IMG/VR virus record: IMGVR_UViG_3300020147_000020
Location: 1 to 37,412 of that record
Source of the DNA: a virus
Direction: 5' to 3' (one strand)
DNA length: 37,412 nucleotides
Positions 1 through 6,083 of the stretch are shown here, one piece after another. The position numbers were made by a program, and so were the translations under genes. Position 1 is the first letter of the stretch. Every line of letters begins with the position of its first letter. The notes beneath the pieces were generated by a model. The model saw nothing but the letters and a program-made list of their open reading frames with translations. It did no database searches and had not been told where the DNA came from.

Positions 1-127
1 ATAGATACCGTCAACCGGTACTTCCAGAAATGCCATACCGTCGTTACGTGGGTTATTCTTACGGAATCGTATTACACTGCCAACTGGCCACCAGTCCGTG
101 ACGTTGTACTCAGGCAAAGTGATAACA
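1..127. repeat. Terminal direct repeat, left copy (identical to 37286-37412)
   Basis: The first 127 nt (atagataccgtcaaccgg...caaagtgataaca) recur exactly as the last 127 nt of the window. A length of 127 is typical of a k-mer overlap in a circular assembly. Confidence 0.95.
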
Positions 128-219
128 CGTACGTCATACCCAGCATCCTTGTATGGCTTCGACCATGAACCAGTGCCGCCGCAAAGATCAAGAATGATTT
201 TATCGCTATTTTCCTGCAT
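1..219 (-). CDS. DNA (cytosine-5) methyltransferase-like, 5' segment (start codon and AdoMet motif I); continues across the circular junction
   Basis: ATG at 219-217 on the minus strand. Manual translation gives MQENSDKIILDLCGGTGSWSKPYKDAGYDVRVI..., containing motif I (LDLCGGTGS). The frame runs through position 1 and, via the overlap, stops at TAA 37232-37234 (90 aa) before any motif IV. It is absent from the ORF track because it runs off the window edge. Confidence 0.7.
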   Translation of the reverse strand, partial: MQENSDKIILDLCGGTGSWSKPYKDAGYDVRVITLPEYNVTDWWPVGSVIRFRKNNPRNDGMAFLEVPVDGIY

Positions 220-523
220 ACCACCTCCTTTCCGCTTCGACAGCTTCGTATACTGATGCTGTATTCCATGCGTTACGCTCGTCTCCTGCCTCCTCAGCAT
301 AAGCTAGAGGCGTGTTTTCAAGACTATTCTCTAACCTATCCAACAATGCTAGTGCCTCTTGGTTGATGAGTTGCTTTGCCTCCTTAGCCGCCGAGCTTGG
401 TGTTACACATTGTCCATCGATCCACTCAGCATCGCTACCCTGGTGTGTCGCTGCGCATACACTCATGCGCTGAAAGAGCAATAAAAGTTTATGGTCTAGC
501 TCGTCGCTATTCTGTGTGCTCAT
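206..523 (-). CDS. hypothetical early protein
   Basis: 105-aa ORF. It has an ATGA start/stop overlap with the upstream ORF 520-900, indicating translational coupling in the leftward operon. Confidence 0.7.
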   Translation of the reverse strand: MSTQNSDELDHKLLLLFQRMSVCAATHQGSDAEWIDGQCVTPSSAAKEAKQLINQEALALLDRLENSLENTPLAYAEEAGDERNAWNTASVYEAVEAERRWYAGK

Positions 524-900
524 GATGTCTCCTTATTGTTAATAGCAAACGCTGCGTTTCTTTGGTACTGAGCCTGTGCCGTTAGAGCATGATCGACACA
601 TCGTTTGACTATCTCTTCGACGGTTAGCCCCTGGAACTCACGAGGCAAGCGCCATTCCCTGCCGATGTAGCCCTCTATTTCTTTTGCAGCCAACTCACGC
701 TCTGTAGCACGTGCTTCTGCAATCTTGACTCCTAGTTGTTGGTGGGATGCCTCACGTCTCACAAAGATGTTCACTATGCGCTGTATTGCATGCTCGCCCC
801 TAACATCGCTTACCCAGTTTCCCGAGTGGATAAGGGCCGCACGTAATTCTGTTGCAAGCTGGGGCTCGCTCTCACTATTGGCATCTATTGGTTTGGTCAT
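520..900 (-). CDS. hypothetical early protein
   Basis: 126-aa ORF with a GAGG ribosome-binding site upstream of the ATG at 900. Confidence 0.75.
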   Translation of the reverse strand: MTKPIDANSESEPQLATELRAALIHSGNWVSDVRGEHAIQRIVNIFVRREASHQQLGVKIAEARATERELAAKEIEGYIGREWRLPREFQGLTVEEIVKRCVDHALTAQAQYQRNAAFAINNKETS

Positions 901-904
901 GATT

Positions 905-1021
905 TTACCTCGTTACCCATATTAATAATCCTGACCCAATCACTACTGCTACAAGCATCAGTACAACGCCTACTGCTTCTTTGATAGGGAAGGTGGATTG
1001 TTCTGGTTCACCGCCTTTCAT
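905..1021 (-). CDS. small membrane protein (38 aa)
   Basis: Manual translation: MKGGEPEQSTFPIKEAVGVVLMLVAVVIGSGLLIWVTR. It has one hydrophobic helix and a GAAGGAAG site upstream. It falls below the ORF-track size cutoff. Confidence 0.4.
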   Translation of the reverse strand: MKGGEPEQSTFPIKEAVGVVLMLVAVVIGSGLLIWVTR

Positions 1022-1023
1022 TG

Positions 1024-1101
1024 CTACTTCCTTCTAAATAATTGACTTAGAGCTATGTATACCCCGATAGCTACGCCGCATACGACTACAACTACCCACA
1101 T
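1024..1101 (-). CDS. possible 25-aa hydrophobic peptide
   Basis: MWVVVVVCGVAIGVYIALSQLFRRK. It is coupled to the preceding small ORF by a TAATG overlap and has no RBS of its own. Confidence 0.25.
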   Translation of the reverse strand: MWVVVVVCGVAIGVYIALSQLFRRK

Positions 1102-1208
1102 TATTTTGTGACCGCCACAGGTACTTGCCAAGTTACCTGACCATCATTAAGAACTGCAAAGCACTTGTATCCGCCTTTAATTGTCTTAACTTTATATCCC
1201 ACTAACAT
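1101..1208 (-). CDS. small hypothetical protein (35 aa)
   Basis: MLVGYKVKTIKGGYKCFAVLNDGQVTWQVPVAVTK, with a GAGGA RBS 5 nt upstream of the ATG. Confidence 0.4.
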   Translation of the reverse strand: MLVGYKVKTIKGGYKCFAVLNDGQVTWQVPVAVTK

Positions 1209-1280
1209 CTTATTCCTCACTTTCTATTACTAGATTACAATGTATACACTCGCCGTACTGAACGTAATGGTTACAGCTCA

Positions 1281-1463
1281 TTAGGCTTCCAAAATTATCT
1301 CGCCGATTTCACTGTCGGTTTTAGCTGCTTTGCCGCACTTAGCGCATGTTACAGTTTGCGGCTGCTTAAGTTCGCCCCAAAAAGTGTATGTTGGGTGCTG
1401 AATAGCGCCGAAACTATTGTGCGCGCAGATTATTTGTTTAATTTTGCTGATGATGGTTTGCAT
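1281..1463 (-). CDS. hypothetical small protein with Cys pairs (first gene after promoter copy P1)
   Basis: The ORF track gives 1281-1484. The internal ATG at 1463 is preferred because AAGGAGA lies 8 nt upstream, whereas the ATG at 1484 would sit at the predicted transcription start. Confidence 0.65.
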   Translation of the reverse strand: MQTIISKIKQIICAHNSFGAIQHPTYTFWGELKQPQTVTCAKCGKAAKTDSEIGEIILEA

Positions 1464-1490
1464 TTGGTTTGTCTCCTTTACCATAACTTA

Positions 1491-1519
1491 ATCTTATATC
1501 GCTAGAAGCTATTTGTCAA
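1491..1519 (-). promoter_or_regulatory. Conserved early promoter, copy P1 (TTGACA-17-TAAGAT)
   Basis: The minus strand reads TTGACA AATAGCTTCTAGCGATA TAAGAT. The spacer is nearly identical in all 5 copies. Confidence 0.65.
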
Positions 1520-1607
1520 TAACATTTTTAAATATTCTCCTAATACAGATCAAGACTGCCCGACATGTTAATACTTCGGGCGGTTGAATAAACATAAGAA
1601 TAGGTCA

Positions 1608-1898
1608 CTAGTCATCTGATTTAAAGTGCTTCTTAAAGTCGGAGAAGCTACTGAATGGGGTAAGACACTGCACGCATAAGTACCTTGCGGGGATAACTAT
1701 GCTGTGCTCTGACTCAAGCACAGTTTCGCCCTCATCATTTTCACCCGCCACTACGCCTTTATACATTTTAACCGTTTGGGTCTGAACGTATATTTGAGGC
1801 GAGCCACACTCAATAACGGGGTTGGGCTGGCTGTTAAGCTGCTGCTTGCGCCTTAGCCAAAGCTCTGGAAAGTACTTTTCTGTGAGCGCGTCAGCCAT
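1608..1898 (-). CDS. hypothetical early protein
   Basis: ORF 1608-1955. The start at 1898 (MADALTEKYF...) is preferred because ATGGCTGA overlaps the stop of the upstream ORF. Confidence 0.6.
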   Translation of the reverse strand: MADALTEKYFPELWLRRKQQLNSQPNPVIECGSPQIYVQTQTVKMYKGVVAGENDEGETVLESEHSIVIPARYLCVQCLTPFSSFSDFKKHFKSDD

Positions 1899-2184
1899 TA
1901 TTTGGCGTTGAGGCTTCATACGAGCTATTCCGCTCCTTCCATAAACGATTACCAATCTCCATTAAGCTGTCGGAATACCGCTTTAGATTACCATTCACGT
2001 CACCGTCGAAGAAAGCCTTGGCCATGTCCCGACCTGACTGTAAATCAATGTTGAATTCCATGACGAAGCTATCTTTTCCATACTTATTCTTGGTCTTCTC
2101 AATATTTTCAATCGAATACCCCTGCATAAGTAAATACGCAGCGATGCTCTTAGTTGAGGTTTTATAATTCTTTATTGTGTTCAT
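1891..2184 (-). CDS. DUF5659-like small protein
   Basis: Taking the internal ATG at 2184 gives MNTIKNYKTSTKSIAAYLLMQGYSIENIEK...FVMEFNID, which resembles the DUF5659 pattern by recollection. Confidence 0.55.
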   Translation of the reverse strand: MNTIKNYKTSTKSIAAYLLMQGYSIENIEKTKNKYGKDSFVMEFNIDLQSGRDMAKAFFDGDVNGNLKRYSDSLMEIGNRLWKERNSSYEASTPNNG

Positions 2185-2365
2185 CAGTCTTATTTCTCTT
2201 ATTATGGGCTTTAGATATATATCCCCAGAGCCCTTTGCGCTTAAACACGTGGTTTTTCTTAGCAATCTCTCGTCTTTGCTTACGGTTTAGTGAATGACTA
2301 TGCGTATGATCTACGTCTTTTCGATCTTCGCGTTGGTCTTCAGTGTCAACCATTTTCATATCCAT
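2162..2365 (-). CDS. highly basic small protein
   Basis: 67-aa ORF that is Lys/Arg/His-rich (RKQRREIAKKNHVFKRK). Confidence 0.5.
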   Translation of the reverse strand: MDMKMVDTEDQREDRKDVDHTHSHSLNRKQRREIAKKNHVFKRKGLWGYISKAHNKRNKTDEHNKEL

Positions 2366-2367
2366 AA

Positions 2368-2616
2368 TTATTTGCCTTCTTTAATCCTGTTTTCTGAGTA
2401 AGGTACTTGCACAGCGAAAATGTGCAGCTCGTCTCCAATGAATCGCCGGTAGTACGGCTTTACCAGAAAAGTTCCGCCTTTATCTCCAGGGATAATGACT
2501 TTGGCTATCTTTCCTGATTTCATACCGTTTAACATCTTTAGCGAAGTAGAGCTAAACTTTGTACTGATAGTATCTTTAGACTCAAGCATTATATTTAAAA
2601 CGCACACATAGCCCAT
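2368..2616 (-). CDS. hypothetical protein (first ORF downstream of the ORF-free RNA locus)
   Basis: 82-aa ORF with an AAGGAG RBS at about 2626-2631. Confidence 0.7.
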   Translation of the reverse strand: MGYVCVLNIMLESKDTISTKFSSTSLKMLNGMKSGKIAKVIIPGDKGGTFLVKPYYRRFIGDELHIFAVQVPYSENRIKEGK

Positions 2617-2645
2617 TCAGCGCCACTCCTTTTTGTCTCATGATA

Positions 2646-3208
2646 TTGGTTTGACTAGCCAGTTCCAAATATATGACGTACGCAGCACTAGGGGAAATCT
2701 AGCCGCCATATATTCAGAACTGGGTTATTGTGTAGTAGCAGCTGGTAGTAAGGGTCAAACTATCATCGCATATATGACCGTTGCGTTTCTTAGTAGATAG
2801 TAGGGCTGTACAACCCGTGCTTACTACCATGTGCCACTACACAATATCTTGGTGCTGGTAATGAGGCAGGGATTTGACAGGCCGGACAGCGTCACCCGTG
2901 TACACTCCTCATTCGCCCATGATAGTCACCCTGCAGGCCATAACCGTTCACGATATTGACCGGATGTGTTAAGGCTAAGTCAATTTATAGTCAGCGTCTA
3001 CCTATTCCGCCACTCATTACCAGCATTCAGCCAGCAGGCATGGACTGGGTCACGAAAGTGATTGGCTCGAAAGCCGCACCCTGCGCTGTCGTTACCTAAG
3101 CGCGACCCTTCCATGTTGTCCTGCTGGCCATAAAGCAGACAAAACATTATGTTTCACTTCTGTATTTTATCTGCTCATTTAGCCAGTCAAACCAGATTAT
3201 TAATGTAC
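2646..3208 (-). ncRNA. Candidate large structured ncRNA (~560 nt) or structured 5' leader
   Basis: No ORF of 60 aa or more occurs in any frame across 2617-3388. Promoter copy P2 fires into this segment. A closing helix (2647-2656 with 3185-3194) encloses many further helices (see findings). An internal A-C mismatch on the plus strand becomes G-U on the minus strand. Confidence 0.5.
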
Positions 3209-3214
3209 CCTCTT

Positions 3215-3243
3215 ATTGTATTTCGTTAGAAGCTAATTGTCAA
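3215..3243 (-). promoter_or_regulatory. Conserved early promoter, copy P2 (TTGACA-17-TACAAT)
   Basis: The minus strand reads TTGACA ATTAGCTTCTAACGAAA TACAAT, immediately downstream of a terminator. Confidence 0.7.
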
Positions 3244-3284
3244 TGTATTTTATTAATATTCTTTGCCTGGTATACTGAAAATTG

Positions 3285-3339
3285 AAAAGCAGCCCTTTTC
3301 TTACCCTTTGCATTGGGTTTGTCTCCGGGGCTGCTTTTT
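3285..3339. terminator. Bidirectional intrinsic terminator ending the 4621-3389 operon
   Basis: An 11-bp stem (aaaagcagccc 3285-3295 with gggctgctttt 3328-3338) has an inner hairpin and T-runs on both strands. Confidence 0.6.
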
Positions 3340-3388
3340 GCTTTAGTTACTAACCTTAATTTATTAACGAAGCGGGTCTACCTACGGC

Positions 3389-3622
3389 TCATCTAGTACG
3401 TGTTGGGTTCGGCGTAGGGCGAGGAGGAGTAGTTCTTAGTTTCTCATACTTCACCATAGCCTGGTGCATGTAGACATTAGACCCATTTGACGCCAACCCT
3501 GGCGAACCATGCGGTTGCCACCCTTCACGTATATGTGCTCGTATCTCACTCTCTATCCGAACAATATCCCTAATCGTACCTGTTAGTATTGCGTAGTCAA
3601 CTATTCGCTGGTTGTTATTCAC
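3389..3622 (-). CDS. DUF1737-like protein
   Basis: 77-aa ORF with a GWQPHG...QAMVKYE pattern typical of DUF1737 (by recollection). It has a 4-nt overlap with the upstream ORF. Confidence 0.65.
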   Translation of the reverse strand: MNNNQRIVDYAILTGTIRDIVRIESEIRAHIREGWQPHGSPGLASNGSNVYMHQAMVKYEKLRTTPPRPTPNPTRTR

Positions 3623-3876
3623 TCTTTAGTCCCCCCTAGTATCTGGTCCATAGCTTCAATGGCATCCTTCATTGCTCTAAATTCCTCGTAACTTAACTCG
3701 TTAATAATTATCTGTTCAACCTTATCTCTGTTTATAACAGGCTCAGACAGCAATAGCGAAGCCATATGGGCCTTTCCGTGCCGTTCACCTATTTGGTATT
3801 GCTTTTTAAAAAGCGCGTTTATACCTTCAGAGTCTTCGTGCATAGTTTTATCAATCGAGTACTCTTTATTTTTCAT
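3619..3876 (-). CDS. hypothetical early protein
   Basis: 85-aa ORF coupled to both neighbours by 4-nt overlaps. Confidence 0.7.
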   Translation of the reverse strand: MKNKEYSIDKTMHEDSEGINALFKKQYQIGERHGKAHMASLLLSEPVINRDKVEQIIINELSYEEFRAMKDAIEAMDQILGGTKE

Positions 3877-4283
3877 AGTTTGATCTCTAAATCCTTATAG
3901 CTCTCCCACACCCACGCCTCATAGTATCCTTGCCGATCAGTGAACAAGTAATAGTCGGTGTCTCCGTCGTCGTTTAGTATCAGGCCAATCGACGACCTTT
4001 CAACGGCAATATCTTCTGGAAATAACTCTTGAAACGCTCCAGCATATTCAACAAAGCGCTTTCTAGCTACTTCCTCGCTAAGCTCACCGCTCAGCACAAG
4101 TACACCATCCTCACCGTATGTAACGGGCTGTCGATGTGTCTCGTGGAATTCAGATTTAGTTGGCTTCTTCATCCGTAGTCCTTGGTTAACACCTTCTTCG
4201 AAAGCAGCGTTAGCCATGATCTCAATTTGTTCGTATATTGTTCTAATACGCATTCTGTTTTCATTCGAGCCCAGGTAAGTCAT
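3873..4283 (-). CDS. hypothetical early protein
   Basis: 136-aa ORF coupled to its neighbours. Confidence 0.75.
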   Translation of the reverse strand: MTYLGSNENRMRIRTIYEQIEIMANAAFEEGVNQGLRMKKPTKSEFHETHRQPVTYGEDGVLVLSGELSEEVARKRFVEYAGAFQELFPEDIAVERSSIGLILNDDGDTDYYLFTDRQGYYEAWVWESYKDLEIKL

Positions 4284-4621
4284 TATTTTTTAGTCCCCTG
4301 CTCTTTTAGCAATTTAACAAATAGTAGTTGCCCGCTCTTTTGCTTACCGTACTTACGAGCGTGTTCTGCTAAGGCGGTAAACCGTAGTGTTCCAAGCTGA
4401 TAAAGCTTTTTAAAGAAGAATGGCCGGTATTTATCCTCTACCAGATCAGGCATCGAATTGATTATCGCGTCTGCCAAGTGAGTTGGTATATCTGTTTTAA
4501 CATTATTATTTTCTATAGAATCTATAGAACTATAGTTTTCTATAGAAGGTTTAGTAACCTTTTTTTCTATAGACCCTCTATGGTAGTCCCTATAGAAGGC
4601 GACCTCTGAGATTCTTTGCAT
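4283..4621 (-). CDS. first leftward early gene; contains the CTATAG iteron cluster (possible origin-binding or replication-organiser protein)
   Basis: 112-aa ORF. Its N-terminal third is encoded by the palindromic repeats (SIE/SID tripeptides). The C-terminus is basic and helical. Confidence 0.65.
   Translation of the reverse strand: MQRISEVAFYRDYHRGSIEKKVTKPSIENYSSIDSIENNNVKTDIPTHLADAIINSMPDLVEDKYRPFFFKKLYQLGTLRFTALAEHARKYGKQKSGQLLFVKLLKEQGTKK
4511..4598. repeat. Iteron-like cluster: six perfect CTATAG cores, most within TTCTATAGAA-type 10-mers
   Basis: CTATAG occurs at 4513, 4522, 4530, 4540, 4567 and 4590, with a degenerate ctatgg at 4578. The perfect palindrome TTCTATAGAA occurs at 4511-4520 and 4538-4547. 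Confidence 0.8.
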
Positions 4622-4651
4622 AAACTATTGCTTTCCACAGCAAACCTTGCT

Positions 4652-4680
4652 ATTATAATAAGGAGTTTTGAGCAACAAAA
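4652..4680 (-). promoter_or_regulatory. Putative leftward early promoter (perfect TATAAT -10, weak -35)
   Basis: The minus-strand TATAAT (4657-4652) lies ~30 nt upstream of the ATG at 4621. The -35 region is only TTTTGT/TTGTTG. Confidence 0.3.
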
Positions 4681-4760
4681 AGCTAAGCGCTTGTTTAGCT
4701 ACATCAAATCCAAGTATAATAGCTTGGGTTTTTTGTTTGGTTTATTATTGAGTTTTGAGC
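4663..4760 (+). repeat. Two copies of the 11-bp direct repeat GAGTTTTGAGC (4663-4673 and 4750-4760)
   Basis: Exact 11-mers lie 87 bp apart in the divergent control region. Copy 1 overlaps the putative leftward promoter. Confidence 0.7.
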
Positions 4761-4879
4761 TTATAAGACACATCCGCGGTCTGCGGCTTTTAAACTCTAC
4801 GTTCACTATACACAAACATATACAATTTACACAAGCCTATTTTTTGGAAATCCAGGCCTATCACCGTAAAAAGTCTGAG

Positions 4880-4888
4880 TTATCCACA
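4880..4888 (+). promoter_or_regulatory. Perfect DnaA-box 9-mer TTATCCACA
   Basis: Exact match to the canonical DnaA box consensus. It lies in the intergenic region between the divergent early and late genes. Confidence 0.5.
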
Positions 4889-4899
4889 GGTTTAAATGC

Positions 4900-4928
4900 T
4901 ATTCAAACCCCTTATCCTTTGCTATACT
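4900..4928 (+). promoter_or_regulatory. Putative rightward (late operon) promoter with extended -10 (TGcTATACT)
   Basis: TG at 4920-4921 plus TATACT at 4923-4928. The -35 is weak (tattca). It lies 27 nt upstream of the GTG at 4955. Confidence 0.4.
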
Positions 4929-4954
4929 AAAACCATAATAACGAGGGAATCAAA

Positions 4955-5290
4955 GTGGGCAATAGTTTCAAACAACAAAAACTAAAATTAGAGTGTCGAT
5001 GGTGCGGCAAAAAGTATCGACCTAATGGCACTGAATACTGCTCTGGTATGTGCATCGATATCAAACAGCACATCGAGAGAGACAAGATTAAACGGAGTCA
5101 GCCCTTTATCGTGGAAATGAGACGCAAAAAAGCTCTAAAGCTACGGGAAGACGAGAAACTAACGCCTGTTAAGTCTTACGCTCAAATACTGAAAGCTGCT
5201 GAGAAAAGAAAAAGAAATATGTTTAGAAGCTATATCGTTCCGCCTCCTGGGGCGAAGCCACCCGTTAAGCAAGTAAAGAGCCTGGAGTAA
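4955..5290 (+). CDS. basic zinc-ribbon protein
   Basis: 111-aa ORF with a GTG start and GAGGGA RBS. It carries a CxxC...CxxxC motif and a Lys/Arg-rich C-terminus. Confidence 0.7.
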   Translation: MGNSFKQQKLKLECRWCGKKYRPNGTEYCSGMCIDIKQHIERDKIKRSQPFIVEMRRKKALKLREDEKLTPVKSYAQILKAAEKRKRNMFRSYIVPPPGAKPPVKQVKSLE

Positions 5291-5361
5291 GCATAAGGCG
5301 CTATAGATCACCCTAAACCAATCATATATACTAAATTGTGAGTGAAGGAGACACCCAAACA

Positions 5362-5589
5362 ATGGAATTTATATCACACGTTATCACTTTTGTACTTATA
5401 GCCATAGGCGTGTTACTGATGACTGTTATAGCTATTCACGCGATAGCCTACGCCGCTTCTGCTGGTTTTTACTCCGCGCAGCGGAGGTATCGTTCGGTTA
5501 AGCCTGTTGCCAACACTAATCTGCACACACTGAGTGTCAGTCCTGATGCCATTAAGGCTATTCATGAAGCCATGAAGGGGATAAAGTAG
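5362..5589 (+). CDS. small membrane protein
   Basis: The start at ATG 5362 follows AAGGAGA. It contains a hydrophobic helix, ITFVLIAIGVLLMTVIAIHAIAYAA. Confidence 0.65.
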   Translation: MEFISHVITFVLIAIGVLLMTVIAIHAIAYAASAGFYSAQRRYRSVKPVANTNLHTLSVSPDAIKAIHEAMKGIK

Positions 5590-5591
5590 TT

Positions 5592-6080
5592 ATGGCTAAG
5601 CGAGGGAGGCCAACTAAATTTACAAATGCTCTAGGAGATAAGATTTGCGCTGAGATTGCGAACGGTAGGTCATTGCGCAGTATATGTTCTGATGAGGGAA
5701 TGCCAGAAGCACGAACTGTGTTTAGGTGGCTACGTCTCCCCAGCATGAAGGAATTTTGTCAGCAATACGCGCGTGCATGCGAAGCAAGGACTGATGCCTT
5801 TGCTGAAGACATGATTCATATCGCCAGCACGCCAGAACTGGGTACTACCGTGACTGTTAAGAAGACGCCAGAAGGCATAGAGACAACCACCAAGACTGAA
5901 GACATGCTAGGCCATCGCCGTCTGCAAATCGATACCCTCAAATGGAACTCAGCACGCATGAACCCTAAAAAATATGGCGATAAGATTGATGTAGTGAGTG
6001 ATGGCGAAGCCCTGAAGTCTCCCGTGACGGTCTTCAACATGCGTCCTGGCGATATAGCCAAAAAAAGCAAGAAGGAGTAA
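5592..6080 (+). CDS. terS: terminase small subunit
   Basis: The N-terminal pattern MAKRGRPTKFT...ICAEIANGRSLRSICSDEGMPEARTVFRWL...QQYARA is typical of HTH-type TerS proteins. The gene lies directly upstream of terL. Confidence 0.85.
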   Translation: MAKRGRPTKFTNALGDKICAEIANGRSLRSICSDEGMPEARTVFRWLRLPSMKEFCQQYARACEARTDAFAEDMIHIASTPELGTTVTVKKTPEGIETTTKTEDMLGHRRLQIDTLKWNSARMNPKKYGDKIDVVSDGEALKSPVTVFNMRPGDIAKKSKKE

Positions 6081-6083
6081 CCA

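Noticed and set aside
2646-3208. Plus-strand orientation for the structured RNA. This was prompted by the plus-sense GAAA tetraloop at 3054-3057, a few terminal G-U extensions, and the bidirectional terminator at 3285-3339.
   Set aside because: This is not fully excluded. No acceptable plus-strand promoter precedes the segment, since TTGACT at 2651 has no -10 partner. A conserved minus-strand promoter points into it, and the only mid-helix wobble pair works on the minus strand.
4511-4598. The CTATAG repeat cluster considered as a CRISPR array.
   Set aside because: The repeats are only 6-10 bp with 8-27 bp irregular spacing, and they lie inside a coding region. There are no CRISPR-length repeats or spacers anywhere in the window.
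4616-4930. 104-aa plus-strand ORF spanning the early/late intergenic control region.
   Set aside because: It has no RBS. Its start overlaps the divergent gene start. The product is hydrophobic and low-complexity. The DNA is better explained by promoters, hairpins, the 11-bp repeats and the DnaA box.
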